Below are positions 32,358 through 42,306 of a DNA stretch of 64,000 nt, one piece after another; within the stretch, counting starts at the first letter, position 1; every line of letters starts with the position of its first letter. This DNA is from a virus (taxonomy: Duplodnaviria > Heunggongvirae > Uroviricota > Caudoviricetes). The DNA is taken from positions 31,745 to 95,744 of IMG/VR virus record IMGVR_UViG_3300028591_000080; one strand, written 5' to 3'. The notes under the pieces are model-generated. The model searched no databases and was not told where the DNA came from. It was given only the letters and a program-made list of their open reading frames with translations. The position numbers and the translations under genes are program-made.

Positions 32358-32508
32358 GAATTTTTACGGATTCTGCACACATTTTTGCACGCATCAGACA
32401 ATTTAGCAAATAATTTAATTGAAAAATAAATTTTTAAAAAAATTAGACATAAAATTTAAGGAAAAAATAGTGTATTATAAAGTAAGTTTTAAGAAAGGAA
32501 ATTTGAAT

Positions 32509-33156
32509 ATGGCATTAACTGAAGAACAAAGATTTGACAATAAAGTTAGATATTTAGAATTATTATCAGAATTAAATTTTGATATGGAAAAAATAATTGA
32601 TTTTTTAGAAAGAATTGATTATTTTAATGGAATTTTCACATCTACTGGTTTTGGAAGTTATCCAGGTGCTCTTTGTGAAACAGCATTAAAATTATTCGAT
32701 AATATGATTTTATTACGTGATACATATAATATAGAATCAGTTACGCGTGAAGATATTATTAAAGTTGCATTATTTAGAAACTTCTATAAATGTGCTCTAT
32801 ATGAACCAATTTATAAGCAACAAATAAACCCTAACACAGGTGCTACTGAAGAAGTCTTAACATTTAAAGTTACAAATAATAGGCCAGTGTATGGTAATAA
32901 TTCTTTTGCATCATATATGCTTGCAAAACATTTTGTAGATTTTACTGATGACCAAATTTTAGCATTATGTCATGGTGGATTTAATGAACAAAGTGCTTCT
33001 GATATCTATTTAATTTATGAATCTAATCCATTAGTCTCTTTAACACATATGGCAGATGTAGCTACTTGTTATCTAGCTCCTTGGAGTGTTGAAAAGAAAG
33101 AAGAGCCTAAAAAGGAAGAAAAAGTAGAAGAAAAGAAAGAAGACAAGAATGAGTAA
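32509..33156 (+). CDS. HD-domain-like protein with degenerate HD motif
   Basis: 'YPGALCETAL', 'VALFRNFYK' and 'PLVSLTHMAD' match the HD hydrolase layout, but the metal-binding H and HD are replaced. ATG 32509 follows AAGGA. Confidence 0.55.
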   Translation: MALTEEQRFDNKVRYLELLSELNFDMEKIIDFLERIDYFNGIFTSTGFGSYPGALCETALKLFDNMILLRDTYNIESVTREDIIKVALFRNFYKCALYEPIYKQQINPNTGATEEVLTFKVTNNRPVYGNNSFASYMLAKHFVDFTDDQILALCHGGFNEQSASDIYLIYESNPLVSLTHMADVATCYLAPWSVEKKEEPKKEEKVEEKKEDKNE

Positions 33157-34201
33157 AATTTTAATATATGCTGATAATCACTTTTGTGAAAAAAGCAGTA
33201 TTGTAACTCAAAAAGGTAAATATACTACATTAAGACTAGAAAATCAATTAGAGTCACTTCAATGACTTCATGAACAAGCTGAAATTCATAATTGTTCTCA
33301 AATAATCTGTTTAGGAGACTTTTTTGATCGAACAAATTTAAACGATACTGAGGCTTCAGCGTTTATGGAAATTAAGTGGTCAAAAATTCCGATGATTTTT
33401 ATTGTTGGTAATCACGAAACACATTTTCATGATTTAACATTCCACTTATCAAGCTTACTTGAGCATAAAAATTCAAAAGGTGAATTCGATAGAGCTGTAA
33501 TTAATACTCCAACAAAATTTATTATCGATAATACTGAAATTTGTATTTTACCATATATTCCAGAGAGTGATAGACAACCATTAGTAGATTATTTTGGAAA
33601 AAGAACAGATTTAAAACGTATAATTTTTTCTCATAATGATTTAGCTGGAATTAAAATGGGTCCAATTATTTCTTCTGTTGGTTTTGAAAAAGATGAAATT
33701 GAGAAAAATTGTGATTTATTTATTAATGGTCACTTACATAATGGTATTTGGGTCACAGATAAAATTTTAAATTTAGGAAATTTAACTGGAAAAGATTTTG
33801 GTGAAGATGCATTTAAGTATTCACATAATATTTTAATCTTAGATACTGAAACTTTAAATCTTGAATTTATCGAAAATCCTTATGCATTTAATTTCTATAA
33901 GATAGATATAAATACAGAAGATGATTTTGCACAATTAGATCTAATCAAAGACAATGCGGTTGTTCAAACAAAATGTCAACATGAATTAGTAAAAACATTA
34001 AAAGAGAAATTAGAAAATAATCAAAAGATTATTGCAAAAAGAATTATAGATTCATTAAATAATATTTATGTTTCAGATGAAGAATTTAATGTTGATGACT
34101 TAGCTCTAAGTGATTATGAAAATGAATATAAGAAATTATGTAAAGCAAAGTTAGATAATAATTCAGTTCTAGAATATGAACTAGTGGAGGTCTTTAAATA
34201 A
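33149..34201 (+). CDS. SbcD/Mre11-like nuclease (T4 gp47-like); 1 in-frame TGA at 33263
   Basis: Motifs ADNH, LGDFFD, GNHE, SH and GHLH are complete only if TGA is read through; 350 aa. Confidence 0.9.
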
Positions 34202-34380
34202 TGCAAGTAAAAGATCTTGATGTAACAATTATGAATCCAGTAATTTTTAATCTAGACGAACAAAAATGGGATGAATATGACTTAACAAAATATGGTGAAT
34301 ATTATATAGTTCAGATCTTTGCAGATGAACTTGATAAAGACTACTGTGTTTGTCTAGACGTTTCTAAAAATGAATATTAA
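34201..34380 (+). CDS. Small hypothetical protein (59 aa)
   Basis: ATG overlaps the SbcD stop, GGAGG upstream; MQVKDLDV...NEY*. Confidence 0.6.
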   Translation: MQVKDLDVTIMNPVIFNLDEQKWDEYDLTKYGEYYIVQIFADELDKDYCVCLDVSKNEY

Positions 34381-34391
34381 TAGGAGGCTTT

Positions 34392-35243
34392 ATGTCACAG
34401 GCAGATAGATATTTTATTCAAGAATATAGTAAATTAATTAATGAAGGTTTTTCAGATAAAGATTTTGAAGTAAGACCTAAGTGGGAAGACGGAACTCCAG
34501 CCCATACTACAAAAATTTTCGGAGTTGTAAGAACTTATGATCTAGAAAAAGAATTCCCAATCCTAACATTAAGAACTCAATCTTTTAAAACAGCTGTTCG
34601 AGAGATTTTATGGTTATTCAGAGATAAATCAAATAATATTAATGATTTAAATGCACACATTTGGGATCAATGGGCAGATGAAAAAGGTTCAATTGGTAAA
34701 GCTTATGGTTATCAATTAGGTAAGAAATATGTTTATAATGATAATGGTACTTATCAATTTATGGATCAAGTTGAACATCTTATCTATAAGTTAAAAAATT
34801 CCCCTATGGACCGTAGAATGATTGTCACAATGTGGAATCCATCAGAAGAATTAGAAATGCATTTAGCTCCATGTTGTTATGAAACATTATGGGACGTAAC
34901 AGATGGTAAATTAAATATGACTTTAATTCAAAGATCTGGAGATTTAGTTGCTGCTGCAGGTGCTGGTGGCTTTAATGATATTGAATATGCTTTATTAGTT
35001 CATATGGTAGCTAGAGAATGTAATTTAATACCAGGAAAATTTATTCATTATATTAATAATCTACATATCTACGATAGACATATGGATTTAATGCCTAAGA
35101 TTGCATTTAATACTAAATATCCGGCTCCAACTTTATGGATTAACCAAGAAAAGACTTCAATTAAAGATATGACTGAAAACGATTTTAAATTAATTGATTA
35201 TAAGTCGACAAAATTAGAAGAAAAAATTGAAATAGCAGTTTAA
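34392..35243 (+). CDS. thyA: Thymidylate synthase
   Basis: 'IWDQWAD', 'GKAYGYQ', catalytic 'LAPC', 'QRSGD', 'FN' and 'HIYDRH'. Confidence 0.93.
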   Translation: MSQADRYFIQEYSKLINEGFSDKDFEVRPKWEDGTPAHTTKIFGVVRTYDLEKEFPILTLRTQSFKTAVREILWLFRDKSNNINDLNAHIWDQWADEKGSIGKAYGYQLGKKYVYNDNGTYQFMDQVEHLIYKLKNSPMDRRMIVTMWNPSEELEMHLAPCCYETLWDVTDGKLNMTLIQRSGDLVAAAGAGGFNDIEYALLVHMVARECNLIPGKFIHYINNLHIYDRHMDLMPKIAFNTKYPAPTLWINQEKTSIKDMTENDFKLIDYKSTKLEEKIEIAV

Positions 35244-35249
35244 AAATCA

Positions 35250-35280
35250 TAGCTAGAACATCGTTTCTAGCTACTTTTTT
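35250..35280 (+). terminator. Intrinsic terminator
   Basis: TAGCTAGAA...TTCTAGCTA followed by a T-tract. Confidence 0.75.
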
Positions 35281-35322
35281 ATTGTATTATATACTAGAAT
35301 TAAGTAAAGAGAGGTTTATTAA

Positions 35323-36276
35323 ATGAAATTAGATCATTTAATTAAGGACAAGCGCGTCCTATTCATTCCAATTGTTTCAATGCGCAGTTATGAAACAAAT
35401 TTTTATAATGTGTTTGCTGATGGTAATATTAATCGAGTTTTATATAAGATTAAAAAGAGCAATTGTCAAGCAACTGTAACTTTACCGAAGAATTCGACAA
35501 TTAATTCAATTCAAGATTTAAATGCTTTTTGTTCTAGATTAAATCTTGATATTAATTTTGAGTTTACTGATTTTTATGGAGTAAATGCTAAAGAGACTCG
35601 AACTAATGAAGCAATTCCAAATTTACCTTATGACGATTTTGATTATATCGTTGTAGAACCAAATTATCTTTGTTTAAATTTATTAAGAACTAGACCAGAA
35701 TTATCTCGTAAAATTATCTTCTGGAATTTAGTTTCAACAACTATAAATAAAGATGTTCCATTTGTAAAAGAATATGATAAGATTAATTTTGAAATTTGTG
35801 AGAAGTGCATTACTTTCTATGCAACAAAATCTCAATTAGAATTTTATGAACGTGGGTATGTTGACTCTGATCTATTTGATGTTATGGAAGAAAAGAAAAC
35901 AATTTTCTTACCATTTAGATTATCTGATTCAGGATATCATATTCCAGAAATTAAGACTGCTTTAGAACATTTATCTAAAAAGTATAATTTTACAGTACTT
36001 TATACTGACGTTAATGATAGTGGAATTTTAACTGATTCTACTTTATATAAACGCGTAAGTTCAGACCGAGATGTTTATAATACTATTTTAAAATCTAAAC
36101 CTATTATTCCAATGCTTGAAGATATTGATGAGATTATGCATATGAGTATTTTTGAATTTAAGCATTTTGATTGTAAATTAGTTATGTTTAAACAACATAT
36201 TTTAAAGTTAGACAATGTATTATATATTAAGAACATTGATGAGTTAGAAGGTGCATTAGAAAAATGGTTAAGATAA
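35323..36276 (+). CDS. Putative glycosyltransferase (GT-B-like)
   Basis: Two Rossmann-like halves, 'IFLPFRLSD' and a C-terminal 'HMSIFEF'. First gene of the modification-type operon. Confidence 0.45.
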   Translation: MKLDHLIKDKRVLFIPIVSMRSYETNFYNVFADGNINRVLYKIKKSNCQATVTLPKNSTINSIQDLNAFCSRLNLDINFEFTDFYGVNAKETRTNEAIPNLPYDDFDYIVVEPNYLCLNLLRTRPELSRKIIFWNLVSTTINKDVPFVKEYDKINFEICEKCITFYATKSQLEFYERGYVDSDLFDVMEEKKTIFLPFRLSDSGYHIPEIKTALEHLSKKYNFTVLYTDVNDSGILTDSTLYKRVSSDRDVYNTILKSKPIIPMLEDIDEIMHMSIFEFKHFDCKLVMFKQHILKLDNVLYIKNIDELEGALEKWLR

Positions 36277-36815
36277 AAAATTTTAATTTAGATGAATGTT
36301 TTGAACATTTTGAAAAAGCTTATAAGTTAAATCAGATGAACAGATTTTCAACAGAATATCATGTTCATGACGAATCAGTATCATCTCATTCTTTTTACGT
36401 AACTTTATTTGTTATGTATTTATCTAATTATTATAATTTTGATGTAGATAAAGCAATGAAGATGGCAATGATTCACGATTTACCAGAAAGTTTTATTAGT
36501 GATTTCCCATTCCATATTAAACAAGAAAATCCAGAAATTCAACCATTCTTTGATCAGTTAGATTCAAAATATATTGAATTTTATGATAAGAATTTCTTTC
36601 CAGGTTCTAGAGAACTTATAGATGAATATAATAATAGAGAGACTTTAGAGTCATTAATTGTATATCTTTGTGATATGTTATCTAGTTGTCTATTTTGTAT
36701 AACTGAAGTAACTTTAGGTAATAATTATTTCGCTAAAAAAGCTAAGATTAAATATGATGAATGTGTTAAACGTATTCGAGATATTGAAATTAAAATAGAA
36801 CAAATGGAGGAATAG
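36264..36815 (+). CDS. HD-domain 5'-deoxynucleotidase (YfbR-like)
   Basis: 'ESVSSHSF', 'MIHDLPE' and 'YLCD'. Confidence 0.8.
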   Translation: MVKIKNFNLDECFEHFEKAYKLNQMNRFSTEYHVHDESVSSHSFYVTLFVMYLSNYYNFDVDKAMKMAMIHDLPESFISDFPFHIKQENPEIQPFFDQLDSKYIEFYDKNFFPGSRELIDEYNNRETLESLIVYLCDMLSSCLFCITEVTLGNNYFAKKAKIKYDECVKRIRDIEIKIEQMEE

Positions 36816-36816
36816 T

Positions 36817-37362
36817 ATGGAAAAGAAGAAACTAATCATTGTTGAAGGCTTTGATCGTATCGGTAAAGATACTTTTTTAAAGAAAGTTGAAGAAAAAGAA
36901 ATAGAAGGCTTAAAAGTATATATTCAAAAGAATAATCCACCTCAATATAGAAACAAAGAGGAGTTCAAAGCTTGGTTAGTTTCTTTTCTTAAAGGACAAG
37001 CTGATGAATTAATGAGTTTTGATTCTAATATTATTATGGCAAGATTATTTACATCCGATTTTGTTTATTCTTCATTATTTAATAGAACTATGTCAGTTGA
37101 TTATCCACTACAAGTTTTGCCTAAAAAATATGATATTTATCAAATTATCTTTTTATATAAATCTTATGAAGATTATTTAACTCGTTGTAAGTTTTTAAAG
37201 TGTGAAGTAGAATATTCAAAAGATGAATTTGAAAAGATTAATTATTTATATCAAAATTCATTATTTAATACTACAATGAAGACTGTAATCTTTTATAATC
37301 CAAAACGTTCTTTTAAAGAAGAACTTACAGAATTAAATAAAATATTGAAAGGAGAACGATAG
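36817..37362 (+). CDS. dNMP/thymidylate kinase-like P-loop protein
   Basis: P-loop 'IVEGFDRIGKDT' and 'ARLFTSDFVY'. Confidence 0.75.
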   Translation: MEKKKLIIVEGFDRIGKDTFLKKVEEKEIEGLKVYIQKNNPPQYRNKEEFKAWLVSFLKGQADELMSFDSNIIMARLFTSDFVYSSLFNRTMSVDYPLQVLPKKYDIYQIIFLYKSYEDYLTRCKFLKCEVEYSKDEFEKINYLYQNSLFNTTMKTVIFYNPKRSFKEELTELNKILKGER

Positions 37363-37364
37363 TA

Positions 37365-38858
37365 GTGGAAAAGAATTTAATTATTGTTGCTGGTGGACTA
37401 AACACTCGATATAAAGAATTAAGTAACTTTGCAAAAGTTATATTACCATTTATTTTAAATGATGAAACAACCACTTGTTTAAAGAATTCATATACCGTAT
37501 TTGATGATTTTAACAAATATGTCATTGTAGATTCTAAATTCTATAAACAAGTTTGCAATTATATTAAATCTAATGGTTTAAATATCACTTGTATTGAAAG
37601 TTTCGATCATACAAATTCATTTAATACTATTTATAGTTGTTTAGATAGATTACCAAATGAAAATTTATTATTTTTATGGTCAGATATTATTTTAAATACT
37701 AAAATAAACTTAACTGAATCATTAACAAATTGCATTTTCACAAAGCCTGGAAACTATAGATATATGGCAAACAAAGATGGTTTAACTAGATGTGATTCAA
37801 ATGGAAATGTTCCAGGAGTTTATTATATAAAAGATAAATCAACAATAAAAAGAACATCTAATTATGCAGATTTTGTTGAATTATTTAATGATATTGAATT
37901 TGAAACACGTCAAATTCGTACAAAATTATTAGAATTAAGAGATAAGGATGTTTATTTATCTGAATTAAAGTCAAATAGTAATTCTGAAGCTCGTGGTCGT
38001 TATTTTAATTCATTTACTGTAAATAAAGAAGAAGGTACTATCACTAAAGTTTCAGATAAGGAACATGAACATTTAATTCAAAAAGAAGTTTTATGGTATA
38101 ATAAAGTTTCAGATTTAAATATTTCACCTAAATTACTTTCTAATACTAATAATTCAATGACTATTTCTTATTTAGATGGATATAATAACTTCTATAAGGT
38201 TTTAAATGAATCAAATTCTTATTTGGTTGAAAAATTAATTAATTTATTAAGAGATATTTTTAATAAGAGTGAAAAAATTAAACCAAATGTTCAACAATTC
38301 TTTACAGATATGAAGGTTGAACTTTATGATAAGGTTTTAGATAGAATTAATTCAATAAAAGATATGTTATTGGATTATGATGAAGCGGATTTTAATAGAA
38401 CAATTAGACTAGCTTTCGCAGTAATTTGTAATCATTTTAATTCTTTAGAGGAAGCAACGACTTATTACACTACATTCCACGGAGATTTAAATGGTTCTAA
38501 CACTATGATTAGTGGAGAAGATTTTAAATTTATTGATCCAAGAGGTTATTTTGGAAAGACTGTAGGTTCTGGTCCATTATTTTATGAAATAGCTAAAGTT
38601 TATTATTGTGTATCTGGTTATGATGATTTTAATGCAAGTATTAATTATTTATATTATAATGCTCAAAATTATACTTATCCAAAACCTTTAATTAAATTAG
38701 ATATTGATCCTTATTATCGTTTAGTTGTCGGTATTATTTGGGTATGTTTAGCATCATATATCGCAGATAATATTATGAAGGTTAATATTTCATATCAATT
38801 TGGATTAAAAATGATAAAAGATGCTTTAAAATCTGTTAATAATAAATGTATATTATAA
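37365..38858 (+). CDS. NTP-transferase fused to APH/choline-kinase-like phosphotransferase
   Basis: N-terminal 'IIVAGGLNTRY...K' and 'WSD'; C-terminal 'FHGDLNGSN' and 'FIDPRG'. Confidence 0.8.
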   Translation: MEKNLIIVAGGLNTRYKELSNFAKVILPFILNDETTTCLKNSYTVFDDFNKYVIVDSKFYKQVCNYIKSNGLNITCIESFDHTNSFNTIYSCLDRLPNENLLFLWSDIILNTKINLTESLTNCIFTKPGNYRYMANKDGLTRCDSNGNVPGVYYIKDKSTIKRTSNYADFVELFNDIEFETRQIRTKLLELRDKDVYLSELKSNSNSEARGRYFNSFTVNKEEGTITKVSDKEHEHLIQKEVLWYNKVSDLNISPKLLSNTNNSMTISYLDGYNNFYKVLNESNSYLVEKLINLLRDIFNKSEKIKPNVQQFFTDMKVELYDKVLDRINSIKDMLLDYDEADFNRTIRLAFAVICNHFNSLEEATTYYTTFHGDLNGSNTMISGEDFKFIDPRGYFGKTVGSGPLFYEIAKVYYCVSGYDDFNASINYLYYNAQNYTYPKPLIKLDIDPYYRLVVGIIWVCLASYIADNIMKVNISYQFGLKMIKDALKSVNNKCIL

Positions 38859-38883
38859 TATAAACTTAGATGAGGTGTAAAAT

Positions 38884-39972
38884 ATGATAGAATACAAATT
38901 AGGATGTAACTTCGATATGAAGTTATTAGATGAAATTATTGAATTAAATAAGATTAATCCAGAAGTTCAAATTACAGAAGTTTATGGTAGTGATAGAGCT
39001 CATGCAGCTTTAACTGCAAGACCTGAATTTAGAGTACAAGATATTTCAGCTGAATATTTTGAAGAGTTCGTAAAGAAAGCAAAGGAAAATGGTATTAATT
39101 TTAATTATACTATGAACTCAATTTATCCATATGGTTCTAAAGTTCAAATTGCTTATCATGAACAAGAAATTATTGATTTTGTACATTGGTTAGAGAGAAT
39201 TGGTGTTTATAGAATCACTATTGCTAATCCAATTATGCTTGAGATTATTAGAAATAAAGCTCATTCAAATATTGAAATTGAATTATCTACAATTGCTCAT
39301 ATTGATGCTGTAACTCAAATTAAGTATTACCATGATGTTTACAAAGTAAATAAGTTCTGTTGTAATTTAAATAAGAATAGAAACTTTAAATTCTTAAAGG
39401 CTGCTGCAGACTATTGTAATAAGAATAATATTATCTTTGAATTAATGGCAAATGAATTCTGTGCTGTTGCTGGTAATGGTTATACAACACATTGTATTTA
39501 TAGAGATTCTTGTTATATGTGTCATGCAACTAACCATACTAGAGAAGATGCGATGTTATTAGATGAATATCCAATGAAATTCTGTACTCAATCTAGATCT
39601 AAGGATATTGTAACTTGGATTCGTTCTCGTTGGATTAGACCAGAAGATATTAAGAAGTATCATGCAATTGGAATTAATCACTTTAAAGTAACTGGTAGAA
39701 CTGGAACAACTGAATATATTACTAAGATTGCAAGAGCATATATTACTGAGAATTTTGAAGGTAATTTAATTGAATTATGGAAGCCACTTGAATCTATTAC
39801 AGATGGAAAGACTGAGGCTGAACATGATCCATTATTCTATATTGATAATAAGAAATTAGATGGTTTTATTGATTTCTTCATTAATACAGAACATAATTGT
39901 GATGATTATGTGTGTGGTGAGACTTGTACTTACTGTCATAAGTTCTTCGATGAACACATTAAAGAGGCTTAA
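38884..39972 (+). CDS. Peptidase U32 family protein (Fe-S hydroxylase-type)
   Basis: 'FNYTMN', 'LMANEFC', Cys cluster, 'WIRPEDI' and 'FKVTGR'. Confidence 0.85.
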   Translation: MIEYKLGCNFDMKLLDEIIELNKINPEVQITEVYGSDRAHAALTARPEFRVQDISAEYFEEFVKKAKENGINFNYTMNSIYPYGSKVQIAYHEQEIIDFVHWLERIGVYRITIANPIMLEIIRNKAHSNIEIELSTIAHIDAVTQIKYYHDVYKVNKFCCNLNKNRNFKFLKAAADYCNKNNIIFELMANEFCAVAGNGYTTHCIYRDSCYMCHATNHTREDAMLLDEYPMKFCTQSRSKDIVTWIRSRWIRPEDIKKYHAIGINHFKVTGRTGTTEYITKIARAYITENFEGNLIELWKPLESITDGKTEAEHDPLFYIDNKKLDGFIDFFINTEHNCDDYVCGETCTYCHKFFDEHIKEA

Positions 39973-39984
39973 TGTCTCTTTTTT
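39961..39984 (+). terminator. Intrinsic terminator
   Basis: AAAGAGGC-ttaat-GTCTCTTT followed by a T-tract. Confidence 0.7.
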
Positions 39985-39988
39985 ATTT

Positions 39989-39998
39989 TGCTAAATTA
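39989..39998 (+). promoter_or_regulatory. TGCTAAATTA motif (putative late promoter), the only plus-strand copy I found
   Basis: Exact copy 38 nt upstream of ATG 40036. Confidence 0.6.
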
Positions 39999-40035
39999 TA
40001 TACATATTATATTTTATAGATCGCGAGATACTATT

Positions 40036-41643
40036 ATGAAATTTGTAGAACAAGAAGAAAATACAAGTGATTTTTTAGATGATCAATTACTAAAATATGA
40101 AGACGTTTTTAATGCATTTGAAGCTATTTTTAAAAATGGTGAATTTGCATGGACTGGATCGAGTGAAAATCCAGCTTCTCGAACAAAATCTGGACATGAT
40201 TTAATGCAAGTTCCTGAAGAAATAGCAAAAAAGATAAAAACACTTGCTCAAACAATCCCAAATAGACCTCCATTTAATAATATGGAATGGTGGAAACGTT
40301 TTCAATTTTTATATAACGCTTATATCGTCGAATCAAAATTATTAAATGCTTTTGAAACTAAACTAAGTTCTTTAGGAAAATGTTTTTATGGAGATGCTGT
40401 TTATAATCAATTAGCAAATCCAAATTCTGATTCAAACTTAGATAATGATTCAAAAAACAATACTCATACAATTTTTGGAAACACAAAAACTTATGGTGTT
40501 CCAGATCTAGTTTTTGTTGATACAGATACAATAAAAAATGAAACAAGAAGATTATGAGTTGAAGTTAAGATGGTTGGAAATAAAGCCGACCTCAAAGCAA
40601 CTAAATTACCAATGCATTTACGTGCATTAAGTAGTAAAACTAACTTAAAAAATGATGTAATTATTGCTTTAGGATTTATATTAAAAGATAGTAAGAGTAA
40701 TCCATTTACTTTAGTTTGAAGATGCGCATTACAGAATGAAAATGGAACTGGCTATTCTTGGAAAAATTTTTTCGAATGTCCTGACTTAGATATAAAACAA
40801 AAAATTAATCAAATTGAACAGGTCGCTGAGGCTGAAAAAGAAAATATTTATAGATCAATCCTAAAATTTGAACTAAAAAACCCAGATGAAGTTAAAGATA
40901 CAGACCTTTTAGGAATGTATAAAGTGTCTGATGTTTATGACCTTAAATATAAAGATAAAACTGAAGAAGAAATTTCTAAAAATAATGATTTAGAAGACTT
41001 AACAGAAGAATACTGGAATAAGTTAGATATATCTAAAGCTTTAACTAATCAAGATGATTGTATCGATAAAATTAAGTCTTTCTATGGTTATGATGGAGAT
41101 ATTACTACTGGTGGTTTCTATATAATGCCAGATGGTACTATAATTAAAACACAAAATCACGCAGATATAGATAAATATTTAATTAGAGCTGGATATATTA
41201 GTTTAAAAGATGGACAAAAACTTAATGAATTAGACTATGGTGATGGAAGTCAGTTTATGGATGCAATAAATTGTGTTCGTATTAGACGTCGTGGTGGTAA
41301 AGATTCTTGGATCCTTCCTTACTGTGTACTTCCTAATAATAATTTAACAACTACTCAATATAATGTTTTAGAATATTGGCTAGAACAAGTTTTAAATAAG
41401 TCACGAGAAGTTCAAGTAAGTACTCAAACAGAACAAAGTAAAGTCTATAAAGCTTGAGATGGTTATACAGCTCAAGATATTATAGATTCAATTAAAATGT
41501 TTTATCGTTCTAAATTCTTAGAAGAGCTAGGTAAAAAACCTAATTATGATTTTATTTTTGATGATTTAATTAATGAAGATTTAGATAATACAGATTACGA
41601 ATTAGAAAAAGATTTAAGCAAAGGTTATTTAGATCAATTTTAA
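40036..41643 (+). CDS. PD-(D/E)xK nuclease-domain protein with C-terminal accessory domain; 3 in-frame TGA (40555, 40717, 41455)
   Basis: 'VPDLVF...RRL-TGA-VEVK'. All segments are in frame to TAA 41643; 535 aa. Confidence 0.7.
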
Positions 41644-41661
41644 TATTTTAAATTAAAAATT

Positions 41662-41690
41662 ACCACTATTTTCTTAAGTAGTGGTTTTTT
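41662..41690 (+). terminator. Intrinsic terminator
   Basis: ACCACTAT...GTAGTGGT followed by a T-tract. Confidence 0.7.
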
Positions 41691-41738
41691 TATTGTATTA
41701 TTTAATGTATATTAAAATAAAATATGAAAGGATTTAAT

Positions 41739-42290
41739 ATGGTAGAATTTTTATTAACAAATGAATATCAAGTTAAGGAACCTAAGTTCGAATTTCCAGC
41801 TAATGCTGGTATAGATGGCTTTATTCCTGCTAACACTAAGGAATTTAGAGCAAAGTTATTTGAGAAAAATCCAAAATTATTTCTAAATGAGGCTAGTGAA
41901 GTACCAGATAATACTTCTTATTTTACTTTAGCCACTGGTGAAATTACTATTGCACCACATTCTGATTTATTAATCCCATCTGGATTATATATGAAGATTC
42001 CAAGTGATTCAGCTTTAATCGATTTTAATAAGTCTGGTATCGCAACTAAGAAGAAATTAGTTGTTGGAGCTTGTATTATTGATTATTCTTATCAAGGAAT
42101 AATTCATTATCATGTAATTAATACTTCAGATGAGTATCAAACAATTAAATGTGATGAAAAAATCATGCAAATGGTAGAAGTAAAGATTGGTAATGGCGCA
42201 AAAGTTTATTCTGGATTAACTCCAGATGAGTTCTTTACTGAAAAGTCTTCAAGAGGCGATGGTGGATTTGGAAGTACTGGACTAAATTAA
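41739..42290 (+). CDS. dut: Trimeric dUTPase
   Basis: 'AGID', 'KSG', 'IIDYSYQG' and 'RGDGGFGSTG'. Confidence 0.92.
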   Translation: MVEFLLTNEYQVKEPKFEFPANAGIDGFIPANTKEFRAKLFEKNPKLFLNEASEVPDNTSYFTLATGEITIAPHSDLLIPSGLYMKIPSDSALIDFNKSGIATKKKLVVGACIIDYSYQGIIHYHVINTSDEYQTIKCDEKIMQMVEVKIGNGAKVYSGLTPDEFFTEKSSRGDGGFGSTGLN

Positions 42291-42306
42291 TTTAGGAGGT
42301 ATTGTT

